From contig CAWJRG010000001.1 of NCBI GenBank assembly GCA_963845185.1, positions 192,001 through 256,000 on the forward strand: a stretch of 64,000 bases of DNA, given 5' to 3'. Source of the DNA: an uncultured bacterium. Lineage in GTDB: Bacteria > Oederibacteriota > PGYV01 > CAWJRG01. Made by a program: the position numbers and the translations under genes. The notes below the pieces were generated by a model, which was given only the letters and a program-made list of their open reading frames with translations, had not been told where the DNA came from and made no database searches. Shown here piece by piece: positions 1 to 10,961 of this stretch. Every line of letters starts with the position of its first letter. Position 1 is the stretch's first letter.

Positions 1-1357
1 CGCATATAAAAGACCATTGTGTTTTTACGCTTTCGATTCCTCTAACACTAAATCTTGTAAAACCAAGTACGTTTTTTATACGTCCCAATAATGGCTCAAC
101 TATTGTTTTTCTCTTTCGAAGCTGTTCTTTCCAGTTATTGACCCTAGCTTCTTCTCTGTATATTGACACTATCTCCTCATACTCATGCTTATTTGCTTCT
201 ATTATCCTTCCGGATTTTACCTTGCTGCATTCGTATTTATAAATACAATCCCTATGATCCCCGCATCGGTATATCATTGTCTCTTTTCCGTTTTTCTTCT
301 TCCTTATACTGGTATATTCAAGCCTGCCATTTTTAGGACATACATATTCGTTTTTTTCTTTGTCGTATTTAAAATGCGCTTTGCCATACGGCCTATCGCT
401 GTCATCCTCCGGCAAGTTAACAATTATATTCCTTTTTTCTTCTTTGGCTTTTGCCAGTTCTTCCGGTGAATAATACCCTCCATCCGCAAGCGTTACTCCT
501 GATTTTTGTCCGGTATTCGACTCTGCTTTTTCTATCATATCATTCAGCATGTGAGCATCCGATTCCTTGTTTGTCACATTCTCTGCCACAATTATCTGTT
601 TCTTTGCGTCCACAACAACCTGTGAGTTATATGCCTGTTGCAGTCCTTTACCTCTTGTCATCATGAACCGGCTGTCTCTATCTGTGGGGTTTTCAGTTGT
701 TTTTCCTTCACTTTTCATACGTTCTATATGTTCTCTTATTACCTGACGCAGTTTCTCCTTTTCCTGCAATTCTTTTGGCATTCCGCACTTACTTTTGCCC
801 TCTTCATCGTCTTGTTCGTCATTTTTCTCAATTTCCACCATTATTTTGTCTATTTCTCTGTCTAATTCTTGTATTTTTTTATTCATGTCTTTTATTGTTT
901 TGGTCTTTTCCTTATTTACATCTGCCTGTATTTTTGTGCCGTCCACGGCTTGAATTTCAAAACCAACCAAATTGTTGTTTGTTGCCACACGCACCGTCTC
1001 CTTCAGTAAAACCCTTATCTGCTCTTTATTTCCTTTAAAAAATCTCCATAGCGTATTATGGTCGGGATGATTATTCCCGGTTATCCATATCATCCCCATT
1101 GAATCGTAAGTCATTTTTTCAACTTTTCTGCTGCTCTTTTTTCCTTCCAGTATGCCGTACATCCATGCCCCAAGTAAAAGATCTACAAAATATCCCGGTC
1201 TTCCGGTTTCTTCTTCCATTTTAAAACCCATCTCTTCAAGCGGTAATTCTTCTACGAATTCTACGACAAATCGAGCTAAATGATCTTTTGAAACCCAATC
1301 TTCTATTGCCGGTGGCAGTAGATACATTTGATTTCTATCGGCTCTTATCGTTGGCAT
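1..1357 (-). CDS. IS1182-family DDE transposase (3' end outside window)
   Basis: ATG at 1357 reads MPTIRADRNQMYLLPP, the same as 40411..41838. Confidence 0.9.
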   Translation of the reverse strand, partial: MPTIRADRNQMYLLPPAIEDWVSKDHLARFVVEFVEELPLEEMGFKMEEETGRPGYFVDLLLGAWMYGILEGKKSSRKVEKMTYDSMGMIWITGNNHPDHNTLWRFFKGNKEQIRVLLKETVRVATNNNLVGFEIQAVDGTKIQADVNKEKTKTIKDMNKKIQELDREIDKIMVEIEKNDEQDDEEGKSKCGMPKELQEKEKLRQVIREHIERMKSEGKTTENPTDRDSRFMMTRGKGLQQAYNSQVVVDAKKQIIVAENVTNKESDAHMLNDMIEKAESNTGQKSGVTLADGGYYSPEELAKAKEEKRNIIVNLPEDDSDRPYGKAHFKYDKEKNEYVCPKNGRLEYTSIRKKKNGKETMIYRCGDHRDCIYKYECSKVKSGRIIEANKHEYEEIVSIYREEARVNNWKEQLRKRKTIVEPLLGRIKNVLGFTRFSVRGIESVKTQWSFIC

Positions 1358-1434
1358 TTGGTTTCTCCTTCGCTAAATTTTGAAACCATTATACCATTTA
1401 TGTCAAAGAATTAAGAGGCTTTTGAGACAGACTC
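1..1434 (-). mobile_element. IS1182-family insertion sequence, copy 1 (truncated by window start)
   Basis: Reverse complement of 40334..41767; the antisense ORFs in the track are identical at both loci. End TTTTGAGACAGACTC at 1420-1434 is followed by CATG and the half-REP GCGTGTCTCTAC. Confidence 0.92.
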
Positions 1435-1450
1435 CATGGCGTGTCTCTAC
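1435..1450. repeat. Half of GTAG-type REP palindrome left after IS insertion
   Basis: CATGGCGTGTCTCTAC is the right half of GTAGAGACACGCCATGGCGTGTCTCTAC. Confidence 0.85.
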
Positions 1451-1534
1451 TTTAATTCAATCACAGAGTATGCGTATTTTATCACGATATTTTCGGAAAG
1501 CAAGACGAAAAGGAAAGGATAAAAAGATTTGCAA

Positions 1535-1846
1535 TTAAGCGTGGATCATTGTCAGCAGCATTTTAAACTTCTTAATTGCTTTTAACGCGTGCGGCATTTT
1601 TGCCGGCAGGATTATTATTTCGCCTTCATACGCTGAAACCTTTTTCCCACCTATTGTTATTTCAGCCTCACCCTCGATTATTTGCATAAAAGCATCAAAA
1701 GGTGCGGTATGCTCACTTAACCCCTGGCTTTTATCAAAGGCAAATAAAGTTATGGCACCTGCCTTTTTATCAATAAATGTTTTGCTTACAATTGATTTCG
1801 GGGAATATTTAATACTTTCTTTTAAATTCTTTGCCTTGTTTGCCAT
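1535..1846 (-). CDS. Cupin domain protein
   Basis: FAFDKSQGLSEHTAPFDA...EGEA...PAKMPHAL cupin motifs. Confidence 0.85.
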   Translation of the reverse strand: MANKAKNLKESIKYSPKSIVSKTFIDKKAGAITLFAFDKSQGLSEHTAPFDAFMQIIEGEAEITIGGKKVSAYEGEIIILPAKMPHALKAIKKFKMLLTMIHA

Positions 1847-1886
1847 ACTATCCTCCGCATTTTAATAATATGCATCTTTAAAAAAC

Positions 1887-1925
1887 AAATTGGATACCCG
1901 GGGTTTGTCCACAGGTATCCAATTT
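1887..1925. terminator. Hairpin, probable terminator of the esterase gene
   Basis: AAATTGGATACC...GGTATCCAATTT inverted repeat 30 bp after the stop of 1956..3770. Confidence 0.55.
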
Positions 1926-1955
1926 TAATTTACGTCCAATATAAAATATTTCTTA

Positions 1956-3770
1956 TCACCAGCCCATTACGCTTTTTATTTGCGGTACTATTTGGTTTAC
2001 GACTTTTGTATGACCTCCATCATTCGGATGCGTGGATCCGTCAGCGTAATCGGATGTAGAAAGCAGCGGTACTCCGGAAGTATTAACCTGCAGATAATGA
2101 ACATTTGAAGTTGTCGGATAAGAATCAACCATGGTCTGTATGTATGTCTTCCCAGTGTAGTCATATCCGTCATACTGCATGCACCATCCCGGAATTGGTT
2201 CCATGCAAAAAATTGTTGCGTTTGGATAAACCGTCCTGGCGTAATTTATAAAAGTTGTGTACGCAGCCTCGTATGCTGCTGTGATAGTGCTGCCTGCCGG
2301 CATAATCCACTGTCCGTTTGTGTCATTGGCTCCCAGCGCAATTACCACTGCATCGGGCTGCCATGTATTGAAATCCCACTGCGGGTAGGCAAAGTGGTAC
2401 AATGTCTGTTTATAATAATCCGGCATGTGCAACTGGTTCGGCGGCCATGATTCGTTCCAGTTATGATACACACCAATCCCTCCCCTGCCAATATTGCTCC
2501 ATTCCGCGTTTAACTGCAAAGCTGTCTGCGGGCCAAATGCCGTATATCCGTTTTCATCAAGATTTGTATTAACTACGCTGGTTCCACAAACCGTGCATTC
2601 ATCGTCTGTACCTACTGAAATTGAATCTCCTATGAATTCTATTTTTCTTGAAGGCCTCGGAGACGGCGCATTCAGCGTAAATGTCCCGCCGTTTACCGCC
2701 GTGAAACCCCAAAAGTTGGTGCTGGCGTCAATGTCGCTCCCGACAGCGGCCTGGCAGTCTGTCCTGCGCATGAATGTAAGCGTATGCGCTGTATTGGACA
2801 GCCCGCTTGCAAGGGCGTAAGCAGTGCTTGTGCTTGCCAGCATCTGCACAAACGGCCCGCCGTCTATACTGTACTGGTAATTATTTTGAGCGCTTGGATC
2901 CCACATATTAATACCCACGCTGGTTCCTGTAAAATTTGCCATTATGTAAACATTACCCCAGTCAGCCCTGTAATTTGTCGGGTCTGATTTATCCCACCGC
3001 CCAAAGTACTGGATTCTTGGGTCATCAGGACTGTTTGGTATGGCCATTGTGGCTGTCTGGGTTGGTGTGTTTGTTGGTGTTGTTGGCCCAGGTGTATTTG
3101 AAGGTATTGGAGTGTTTGAAGCTGTTGTTACTGGAGCTGTATCAAGCTCAACAGCGTCAAGATAAAGGTTTCCTGCAAATACGCCGCTGCTCATTTGTAT
3201 ACCTAACTTCTTTACGTTTGTCAAATCCCCGCCCGTGGCTGTTTCTGTTATTGAATAATACAATACATTCCATTTGCCCGGGGTATAATTTAACCAGTTT
3301 CCCTGCTGCCATACGTAACCGGTTCCTGTTTGAATATAAATTGCACCGCCTCCTGAAGGGAATCCTGACGGCACGTACATCCTTGCTACAACCATTTTCC
3401 CTGTAAAATTCGTCACTAACGGAGGCTGGACGACAAGGCTTCCGCTGGTTGCGCTTGAAGTAAAATTACATTCCACGGCAAGTGAATGAGTACCGTAATA
3501 TGCTATATATGTCGAGTTTGCAGTGCCAGTAATGCCGCCTGACCCTGTCCATCCCATTGTGCCCAAAGTTGGAGTCTCAAAGCCGTACAAAGTATTATCC
3601 GGAATTGTCGCTGTAAAAGTAGGCGTTGGTCCTGAAGGTGTAAATGTTTGAGTAGGCGGTGATGGCGCCGTTGGTGATGCCACTGGCGGCCTCTTTCTCG
3701 CGCAGCCAATAACAATAATTAAAGTTAGGCATAAAACAATAACAGCCCAAATAACAATTTTTTTCTTCAT
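1956..3770 (-). CDS. Lipoprotein: carbohydrate-binding-like domain, Pro/Thr linker, CE2-like SGNH/GDSL esterase
   Basis: Lipobox-like IIGC; PT linkers; IQYFGRW, RKIEFIGDSISVG, LGAND and THPN..GH motifs typical of CE2 acetyl esterases. Confidence 0.75.
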   Translation of the reverse strand: MKKKIVIWAVIVLCLTLIIVIGCARKRPPVASPTAPSPPTQTFTPSGPTPTFTATIPDNTLYGFETPTLGTMGWTGSGGITGTANSTYIAYYGTHSLAVECNFTSSATSGSLVVQPPLVTNFTGKMVVARMYVPSGFPSGGGAIYIQTGTGYVWQQGNWLNYTPGKWNVLYYSITETATGGDLTNVKKLGIQMSSGVFAGNLYLDAVELDTAPVTTASNTPIPSNTPGPTTPTNTPTQTATMAIPNSPDDPRIQYFGRWDKSDPTNYRADWGNVYIMANFTGTSVGINMWDPSAQNNYQYSIDGGPFVQMLASTSTAYALASGLSNTAHTLTFMRRTDCQAAVGSDIDASTNFWGFTAVNGGTFTLNAPSPRPSRKIEFIGDSISVGTDDECTVCGTSVVNTNLDENGYTAFGPQTALQLNAEWSNIGRGGIGVYHNWNESWPPNQLHMPDYYKQTLYHFAYPQWDFNTWQPDAVVIALGANDTNGQWIMPAGSTITAAYEAAYTTFINYARTVYPNATIFCMEPIPGWCMQYDGYDYTGKTYIQTMVDSYPTTSNVHYLQVNTSGVPLLSTSDYADGSTHPNDGGHTKVVNQIVPQIKSVMGW

Positions 3771-3890
3771 GATTTTTACCTCACATTATTAGATTTTTGT
3801 CCCTATATATATTAACGGTACTATGTAATATATACTATTCGAAAACGTTTTTGTCAATATATTTTAGACATACAGCAAATAGACATTTAT

Positions 3891-4811
3891 TTAAATTTTA
3901 AATGAAACCCCTATCCCTATTGAGTTTGATGCCGGGTCAAGCAGCCATGCTGTTGTCATTGTAAGAAAATCATACCAGAAATGGCCTGCCACTGCCTTTT
4001 CAATCTTATAATTATCATCCTGTACTTCATGCCCCAATGCCAAACCTGCAAGCGTAGTAAACACAACAGTACTAAGTGGATTGCCCAGTCCCGGATTTAA
4101 AGCGTGTGCCGCTCCAAAAGTGAAAGCTGTAATTACAAGCCCGGTTTCCTTGCCGAATTCATAATCAAGTACAGGCATAATAATGCCCCTGAATGCCATT
4201 TCTTCTGATACGCCCGCGCCATAGCTTGTCATCAAGGACATGCTCTCATAATATAAAGTCCCCTGGTCCCTGCTCATATTATTTCCCATGGCATGAACCC
4301 TGAATATATCGCTAAATGTTTTTGTGCCGCTGATATGCGTGCTCGCGCCGTCAAGTATGCCGAGACCTGCCATTAAGAATACAAACGGCGAGCATACGAC
4401 CTCCGGTTTAAACGGCGCTTTTAATAGTTCGGTATAAGGGGCGGCATCATAATTAAAATTTTTTCTGTTTTCCTCAGCCCGCTCCTTTAATTCAGCGTTT
4501 TCCTTTTGCAAGTAGCTCCATTTATCTATTATATAAAGCTGGCCGGCAAAAAGCAGCGGCAGGTTCCACTCAGACGTGCTTTGATCCAGCCTGCCATTTA
4601 TTGCTATACCCGTAGCCAGGGCTGATACTTCGCCGGCGGCAAATATGCTGCCTGTAAGAATATCGCCTTCATAAAAATGCGTGCTTCCGGGCAAGATATA
4701 AATAAGGTAAGGCATATCCCCTGCTTTGACATTTATAGCGGCAGATGTAAAAAACATGATGATCAGAATAAAAAATGTCTTTGTTTTTGTTCTCACAATT
4801 ATATCCTGCAC
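3891..4811 (-). CDS. CPBP (Abi/CAAX) family intramembrane metalloprotease
   Basis: SEEMAFRG, FGAAH and H-xx-YD motifs with hydrophobic helices. Confidence 0.8.
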   Translation of the reverse strand: MQDIIVRTKTKTFFILIIMFFTSAAINVKAGDMPYLIYILPGSTHFYEGDILTGSIFAAGEVSALATGIAINGRLDQSTSEWNLPLLFAGQLYIIDKWSYLQKENAELKERAEENRKNFNYDAAPYTELLKAPFKPEVVCSPFVFLMAGLGILDGASTHISGTKTFSDIFRVHAMGNNMSRDQGTLYYESMSLMTSYGAGVSEEMAFRGIIMPVLDYEFGKETGLVITAFTFGAAHALNPGLGNPLSTVVFTTLAGLALGHEVQDDNYKIEKAVAGHFWYDFLTMTTAWLLDPASNSIGIGVSFKI

Positions 4812-4861
4812 CCGCCATGGCTATTGATATGCAAATTAATTTTGAATAGTTATATCACGTA

Positions 4862-5821
4862 TTATTTTTTCTTTTTTGTGGATTTTTTCTTTTCTTTCAG
4901 CATTGCTTTTGCTTCTTTTACAATATGTTTTTCCGTCAGCCCGTATTTTTCATAAAGCGCCTCGGGAGTGCCCGACTCTGCGAATTCATCCTTTAAGCCT
5001 ATCCTTCTCAATAATACCGGATATTTTGATGTCAGGACTTCGCTAACCGCCGAACCCAGCCCTCCTATAATGTTGTGCTCTTCTATCGTTATTATTTTAC
5101 CGGTTGTCCGCGCCGAATTAACGATTGTCTTCTCGTCAATCGGCTTTATCGTAGGCATGTGCAGAACTTCTGCCTTGATTCCTTCTTTTGCAAGCATTTT
5201 ACCTGCTGTCACCGCCTGAAAAAGCATCACTCCTGTGCTTATTATTGTTATGTCTTTGCCTTTTTGCATTACATGGGCTTTGCCGAACTCAAATTTATAT
5301 TTATCGTCAAATAGCACTTCACTGTTCATTCTGGCAAGGCGCACATATACCGGAGAATCATAATACTGTGCCAGATACTCGATTAATTTTTCAGTTTCAA
5401 TAGAATCAGCAGGAGCCACGACTTTCATATTCGGCAGTGCACGCATAATTGCCATGTCCTCGCACGCCTGATGCGTGGGTCCGTCTTCACCCACTGAAAT
5501 GCCCGAATGCGTGACGACTATCTTTACCGGCAGTTTCGGGTAACAGATTGAATTTCTTATCTGCTCCCACGGCCTTCCAGAACCGAACATCGCGAAAGTC
5601 GAGGCAAAAGGGTTCATGCCCATTGCTGCAAATCCCGCAGCCGTACCCATCATGTCCTGCTCCGCAATGCCCATGTCGAAAAATCTGTCGGGAAATTTCT
5701 TGCCAAAACGCAGGGTCTGGGTCGACTTGGCGAGGTCAGCGTCAAGCACGACTATATTTTTGTTTTTTTCTCCCAGGCGCGCTAAAGTATCGCCGTAAGT
5801 ATTTCTCATTGATGTCTTCAT
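4862..5821 (-). CDS. Transketolase C-terminal subunit
   Basis: DADLAKST, GIAEQDM, GEDGPTHQ, IEEHNIIGGLG. Start re-placed at ATG 5821, overlapping the upstream TGA and preceded by AAGGAG. Confidence 0.9.
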   Translation of the reverse strand: MKTSMRNTYGDTLARLGEKNKNIVVLDADLAKSTQTLRFGKKFPDRFFDMGIAEQDMMGTAAGFAAMGMNPFASTFAMFGSGRPWEQIRNSICYPKLPVKIVVTHSGISVGEDGPTHQACEDMAIMRALPNMKVVAPADSIETEKLIEYLAQYYDSPVYVRLARMNSEVLFDDKYKFEFGKAHVMQKGKDITIISTGVMLFQAVTAGKMLAKEGIKAEVLHMPTIKPIDEKTIVNSARTTGKIITIEEHNIIGGLGSAVSEVLTSKYPVLLRRIGLKDEFAESGTPEALYEKYGLTEKHIVKEAKAMLKEKKKSTKKKK

Positions 5822-7608
5822 TTTTTGCAGCTCCTTAATTCCTTCAACGCGCGGTCGCATTCTTCTTCTGTAGGCGCGACCCCATGGTACTCGACTTTCC
5901 TTTCCATAAACGATATGCCTTTGCCCTTGACTGTCCTTGCTATTATTATTGTCGGCATACCCTTAACTTTCGCGGCATCGTTGAACGCCTCCACTATGGC
6001 CTCGTAATTGTGCCCGTCTATTTCTATAACATTCCAGTTAAACGCCCTCCATTTATCAACGACAGGCTCCAATCCTGCTTTTACTTCTCCTATGCTGCCG
6101 TCTATCTGCAGGCCGTTATAATCAAGTATAGCGCAGACATTGTCAAGGTGCCTTGTGGCTGACGTCATTGCCGCCTCCCATACCTGGCCCTCCTGGATTT
6201 CGCCGTCTCCGAGCATTACATAAATCCTTGAATCAAGTCCTTTTAACCTTGCGGCAAGCGCCATGCCGTTTGCTATTGAAAGCCCCTGCCCTAGCGAGCC
6301 CGTAGTCATGTCAACGCCCGGTGTTTTTCTCATATCCGGATGCCCTGACAGGTCCTCGTCGATTTTTCTTAATTTGCTGAGCTTATCTTCAGGGAAAAAT
6401 CCTGCCTCCACCAGTGCCGCGTAAAGCGCGGGCGCTGCATGGCCTTTTGAGAGTACAAACCTGTCCCTGTTTTCCCATTTTGGATTTTTCGGGTCAATGC
6501 GCATAACGTGTAAATATAATGCCGCAATTATGTCCACTGCCGACAGCGACCCCCCCAAATGGCCTGACTTGGCTGCACCGAGCATTTTAATAATATTTTC
6601 CCTCATTTTGTGCGCTTTACTTTCCAGGTTTATTATTATTTCGTTGTAATCCCTGTAAAATCCCCCGCATTTTTTGCGTTCTTTTAGAAAGACGTCGAGT
6701 TCCTCTTTTGTCGCCAGGCTTTCCTGCGCACCTATCTGCCGGGTCACAAGCGCGCCTGCAGCGTTGCCGTAATCAATGGCGTCTATTACGAATTTTCCAT
6801 CCGCAATGGCGACTGCCACAGCCCCGACAAATGCGTCGCCTCCGCCTACGGTATCTTTTACTTCAATACCGTAACCATGGAACACCGTAGCCCCGTGCTC
6901 GTTTACAAGCAATGTGCCTTCCCTGCCCATTGTTATGATAACGTGGTTTACACCAAGTTTCCTTAATTCCCTTGCCGACTGCGTGCCGGTTTCCATATGC
7001 GAGATTACCCTGTCCGTCAGGTATCCGCCTTCCCTCTCGTTCATTATCACTATATCCATGCCGCGCAGGACCTCTTTTATCTCATGCACTTTCTTGTCCC
7101 CTGCCGAACCGATATTAAGCACGGTCTTTACTTTGTTCTCTTTTGCTATTTCAATTGCTTTTTTTGCAGCATCAACAGGAATCTCCGTGCAGATAACTAC
7201 CACTTTTGATTTTTTTATTGCCTCGGACGCGCGTTCGACATCTTCCGGTGTCAACGCATTGTTTGCGCCCATATAAAGCGTCACTTTATTCCCTTTATTT
7301 CCCGTGGTGTTCACAAGCGCCACGCCGGTTATAAGGTTGTTGTCTTCTAAAAAATAATCAAGGTTGATATTCGGATTGTTTAAATTTTTCATGGTTATAT
7401 CAGGCAACGGGTCTTTGCCTTTTTTTGCAACGAAATAAACCTTCTTGCCGAGCCGTGCAATAGCCACTGCCTGGTTCGCGCCTTTACCGCCCGGCAGGAA
7501 AAATATATTATCACCGGCTACTGTTTCTCCCCGTTCCGGCATCTTTGGTGTCTTTACAATGACGTCAAGGTTTATGCTGCCTATGACTGTAATCGCGTCC
7601 TGCTCCAT
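5818..7608 (-). CDS. Ribokinase (PfkB) fused to transketolase N-terminal TPP-binding subunit
   Basis: N-half GGKGANQAVA and DTVGGGDAFVG; C-half SGHLGGSLS, LSKGHAAPALY, TGSLGQG, GDGEIQEG. Confidence 0.88.
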   Translation of the reverse strand: MEQDAITVIGSINLDVIVKTPKMPERGETVAGDNIFFLPGGKGANQAVAIARLGKKVYFVAKKGKDPLPDITMKNLNNPNINLDYFLEDNNLITGVALVNTTGNKGNKVTLYMGANNALTPEDVERASEAIKKSKVVVICTEIPVDAAKKAIEIAKENKVKTVLNIGSAGDKKVHEIKEVLRGMDIVIMNEREGGYLTDRVISHMETGTQSARELRKLGVNHVIITMGREGTLLVNEHGATVFHGYGIEVKDTVGGGDAFVGAVAVAIADGKFVIDAIDYGNAAGALVTRQIGAQESLATKEELDVFLKERKKCGGFYRDYNEIIINLESKAHKMRENIIKMLGAAKSGHLGGSLSAVDIIAALYLHVMRIDPKNPKWENRDRFVLSKGHAAPALYAALVEAGFFPEDKLSKLRKIDEDLSGHPDMRKTPGVDMTTGSLGQGLSIANGMALAARLKGLDSRIYVMLGDGEIQEGQVWEAAMTSATRHLDNVCAILDYNGLQIDGSIGEVKAGLEPVVDKWRAFNWNVIEIDGHNYEAIVEAFNDAAKVKGMPTIIIARTVKGKGISFMERKVEYHGVAPTEEECDRALKELRSCKK

Positions 7609-7700
7609 TCAAAATCCTCCGAATATTTTTGCGTCTTGTAAAACATGAAATTAACCCAAGATATTTTTGAATTAAAAGCGGGATTATTATACAGATTTTT

Positions 7701-10202
7701 TTAGATTTTTTCTATGACTTTTTTAAGTAAATTTATATATTTTTTTAAAATTGCTTTTGTAGATTTTGCGGTCTTTGCTTCCGCGTAAATATGAAAAACC
7801 GGCCTGTCGTTATCGGGTATAATAAGAGCCCTGCCGCCTTTTTCCTTGAATTGAATACCCTCTATATCGTCGCCACCGGCTTTTCTAATTGTGATAAGCT
7901 GCTTCATTACCGCGCCCCTTATTTCCATGGCAATAGGCATTTCTTCTGTTAATTTTGTGTAATCCGGTATTTCATCAACTATTTTCGACAAAGGTTTGTC
8001 GTAATACGCGAGCAGCTCGAGGAATTTGACCGTGGACATCATGGCGTCAAAAGACGGTTCAAACTCCGAAAATATATACCCGCCCTTTTCCTCAGCCACA
8101 AAATCCGCCTGTTTGGTATCAGCAGCTTTCATCATTGCCCTGTATGTTGTGCCCACCCTAATAACGCTGCCTCCAAGCTTATTTACCATTTCCTCAATTT
8201 TATTCGTAACATTCACCGGCACAGCTATAACGGCTTTCTTGTTTTTATTTAAAAATAATTTGCTCATGACCATAAGCGCGTGGTCGTTTAAAAGCGCCCT
8301 GCCCCTGTCATCCACTATAGATATTTTCTGGCATCCGGCGTCTATCATTATCCCTGCCGAAGCTTTCAGCGTCTTGACCATTTCCGAAAGCTTTAAGAGT
8401 TCCTCTTTTGTCTTTTCGGGTGACCGTGTCAGCCTGCTCTCATCCGTATGCGCATTTAGCGCTATTACCTCGCAGTTCAACTCCCCTAGTATCGAAGGAA
8501 ATATATTCACCGCGCTCGAGTATGAGTAATCAATGATAATCTTAAATTTTTTTTCCTTTATCTTTTCTTTATCAACCGCCCGCATAAATCCTTCCCTGTA
8601 ATATTCAAGCGCGCGCGGAGGATAAAGGACGACTCCCACCTTGTCGTTTTCAACCCTCCTGTATTCCTCCCTGAAAAAAGAAGACTCGATTGATTTTTCC
8701 CAGGAAAAGGATATGTCAAGCCCTTCGCTGTCGAAAAATTTTATATCCAGCATCTTCTCGTCATACGGGGATTTCCTGATATGAAACCCCGGGACTTTTA
8801 AGGATTTACCGACATATTTTGTCACGGACAATGGCATAATCCTCATGTCGTAAATATTAACCCCTGCCGAAAGGATGCCGGACATAATACTGCGCTCAAT
8901 CATAAACGAGCTTCTGTGATAATCCCTGCTAACAAGTACATAGCTGTCTTTTGGCAGGGCAGACGCATAAGCTGCCCCTATTTTCGCGCCTATTTCCGGC
9001 GTAAGTTCCTTGTTTGCCACGGCTGTTATGCCGTAAACGTCAAAAATGTGGTTACTCCACCTCTCGCCCCATATAAGCGACGAGGAAACTGTCGAAAAAT
9101 CATCGACCGTTTTATTCGGCCAAAGTTTTACCTCTGGTTTTATTATTGTCTCCTTGCCAATAAAACAATTGTCCGATATTACCGCGCCGACACCGATATA
9201 AGCTTTCCACCTGATCTTATTGCCCGTACCGAGAACCGCTTCCTTTATGTCGACTTCCTTTTCTATGACGTTTTTATCCCAAATTATTGACTTTACTATT
9301 TTTGCGCCGCTGTCTATATAACAGCCGTCGCCTATAACCGAGTTCGCTATTTCCACGCCTTCTTCTATGGTGCAGTTGTCGCCTATTACAACCGACTCCT
9401 TTAATACTGCCGAAGGGTCGATTTTTACATTATGCCCGATCCATATATCCCGCCCTATATTTCCCTTTCTCTCGCCTTTTATTTCACATTCAATTTCTCC
9501 GTTTAAAATATCCTCATGCGTATGCCTGTATTCGGCAAGTGTACCTATATCCCTCCAGTAGCCTGTTGCAATATGCCCGAATAGTTTTTCTTTTTTTTCA
9601 ACAAGATCCGGGAATAAATTTTTGCTTGTGTCGTAGCTGGTATCTTTTGGTATATAATTGAATATCTGCGGGTCAAAAACAAATATTCCTGCATTTACAG
9701 TATCCGAAAAAACCTCGCCCCATGATGGTTTCTCAAGCATTTTTTTGATTCTCCCGTCAGAATCGGCTATTACGATGCCGTAGCGCAAAGGGTCTTTTAC
9801 ATGCGTCAAAAGCATGGTAGCAATTGCGCGCTTTTTATTATGAAACTCCATTGCCTCGGTTAAATTAAAATTCGTAAGTACATCCCCTGAAATAACAAGG
9901 AACTGGTCAGACTTTAGCTGGTTGGCTGCCTGGCCCAGGCAGCCTGCCGTGCCAAGGTCCCTGTCTGACGTGACATATTTTATTTTTACGCCGTATTTGG
10001 AACCGTCGCGTAAATGCGACATTATTACCTCGGGCTGAAAATAAAGCATTATTGTTATATCTTTTAAATTGTGCTTTTTCAATAAACCGATTGTATGTTC
10101 AATTATCGGGATATTCATGATAGGTACCATGGGTTTGGGGATATTTACTGTAAGCGGTCTTAACCGTGTACCAAAACCGCCGGCAAGTATTACTGCTTTC
10201 AT
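7701..10202 (-). CDS. Bifunctional mannose-1-phosphate guanylyltransferase / phosphomannomutase-like protein
   Basis: ILAGGFGTRLRPLT..PKP NTP-transferase motif, hexapeptide repeats, C-terminal phosphohexomutase-like domains. Confidence 0.85.
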   Translation of the reverse strand: MKAVILAGGFGTRLRPLTVNIPKPMVPIMNIPIIEHTIGLLKKHNLKDITIMLYFQPEVIMSHLRDGSKYGVKIKYVTSDRDLGTAGCLGQAANQLKSDQFLVISGDVLTNFNLTEAMEFHNKKRAIATMLLTHVKDPLRYGIVIADSDGRIKKMLEKPSWGEVFSDTVNAGIFVFDPQIFNYIPKDTSYDTSKNLFPDLVEKKEKLFGHIATGYWRDIGTLAEYRHTHEDILNGEIECEIKGERKGNIGRDIWIGHNVKIDPSAVLKESVVIGDNCTIEEGVEIANSVIGDGCYIDSGAKIVKSIIWDKNVIEKEVDIKEAVLGTGNKIRWKAYIGVGAVISDNCFIGKETIIKPEVKLWPNKTVDDFSTVSSSLIWGERWSNHIFDVYGITAVANKELTPEIGAKIGAAYASALPKDSYVLVSRDYHRSSFMIERSIMSGILSAGVNIYDMRIMPLSVTKYVGKSLKVPGFHIRKSPYDEKMLDIKFFDSEGLDISFSWEKSIESSFFREEYRRVENDKVGVVLYPPRALEYYREGFMRAVDKEKIKEKKFKIIIDYSYSSAVNIFPSILGELNCEVIALNAHTDESRLTRSPEKTKEELLKLSEMVKTLKASAGIMIDAGCQKISIVDDRGRALLNDHALMVMSKLFLNKNKKAVIAVPVNVTNKIEEMVNKLGGSVIRVGTTYRAMMKAADTKQADFVAEEKGGYIFSEFEPSFDAMMSTVKFLELLAYYDKPLSKIVDEIPDYTKLTEEMPIAMEIRGAVMKQLITIRKAGGDDIEGIQFKEKGGRALIIPDNDRPVFHIYAEAKTAKSTKAILKKYINLLKKVIEKI

Positions 10203-10340
10203 GCACTCCTCCGTTTTTTACTGTTCTGCAACTGCAATATTTTGTTTTAAATCGTATTTTGTATTATATATGAATTTAAAGGTGATGTCAATTTTTTCGG
10301 CAGGATAGTTGTGTTTTCAGAAGTTCATGCATTTAGAATT

Positions 10341-10655
10341 TTACTGGCCTAAAAACATTTCCACTTTTTCAAGATTATCATAAATTTCAGGAAGTTTTGC
10401 GCAATCCCCCGATTTCGCGTTTTCTATGGCGCTCCGAAGTAGTTTCTCCGCAGCAGTATCTTTAAAAGGCTCAATGACCGTAAGGGTGGAAACTACCCTT
10501 AGCATTCCCTTATCTTGCCTTTCTTTAAATTCCTTATCCATATCTTCGTCTGAATATTCACTTTGAGTTTTATTATTGTTATTATAATTATCCCTATAGA
10601 TAGAAAGCCATGTATCTAAAACTTCAATAAAGTCTTCTGAAGTCACTGCTTTCAC
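10341..10655 (-). CDS. Hypothetical protein
   Basis: 104-aa ORF with an upstream GGAG; no recognisable motif. Confidence 0.5.
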   Translation of the reverse strand: MKAVTSEDFIEVLDTWLSIYRDNYNNNNKTQSEYSDEDMDKEFKERQDKGMLRVVSTLTVIEPFKDTAAEKLLRSAIENAKSGDCAKLPEIYDNLEKVEMFLGQ

Positions 10656-10961
10656 CTCTCCATCCTGCGATTGTAATTTAAATAATATTGAACCTTCTAT
10701 TTAAATTATAGCATAAAATTGAAAAAAGTCAATATATAGTATATACATTTGTTTACTTAACAACATTAATATCCCTGAAGTTTATATTATTTGTCAAATA
10801 AATAGTTGTTATTTATCATTTTATTGCAGTATTTTTCATTAATAAATTTATATGCTGATATAGTTATACTACTTATATATACATTGCTAATTTTACTTGA
10901 AAAAACCACATAAATATGTTACAATATATCTAACAAATAAATATAATATAGGGATACTTCC

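Noticed and set aside
185..1038. Plus-strand ORFs (and their twins at 40730-41583) and the many other short antisense ORFs in the track
   Set aside because: Shadow frames opposite well-supported genes, with no motifs
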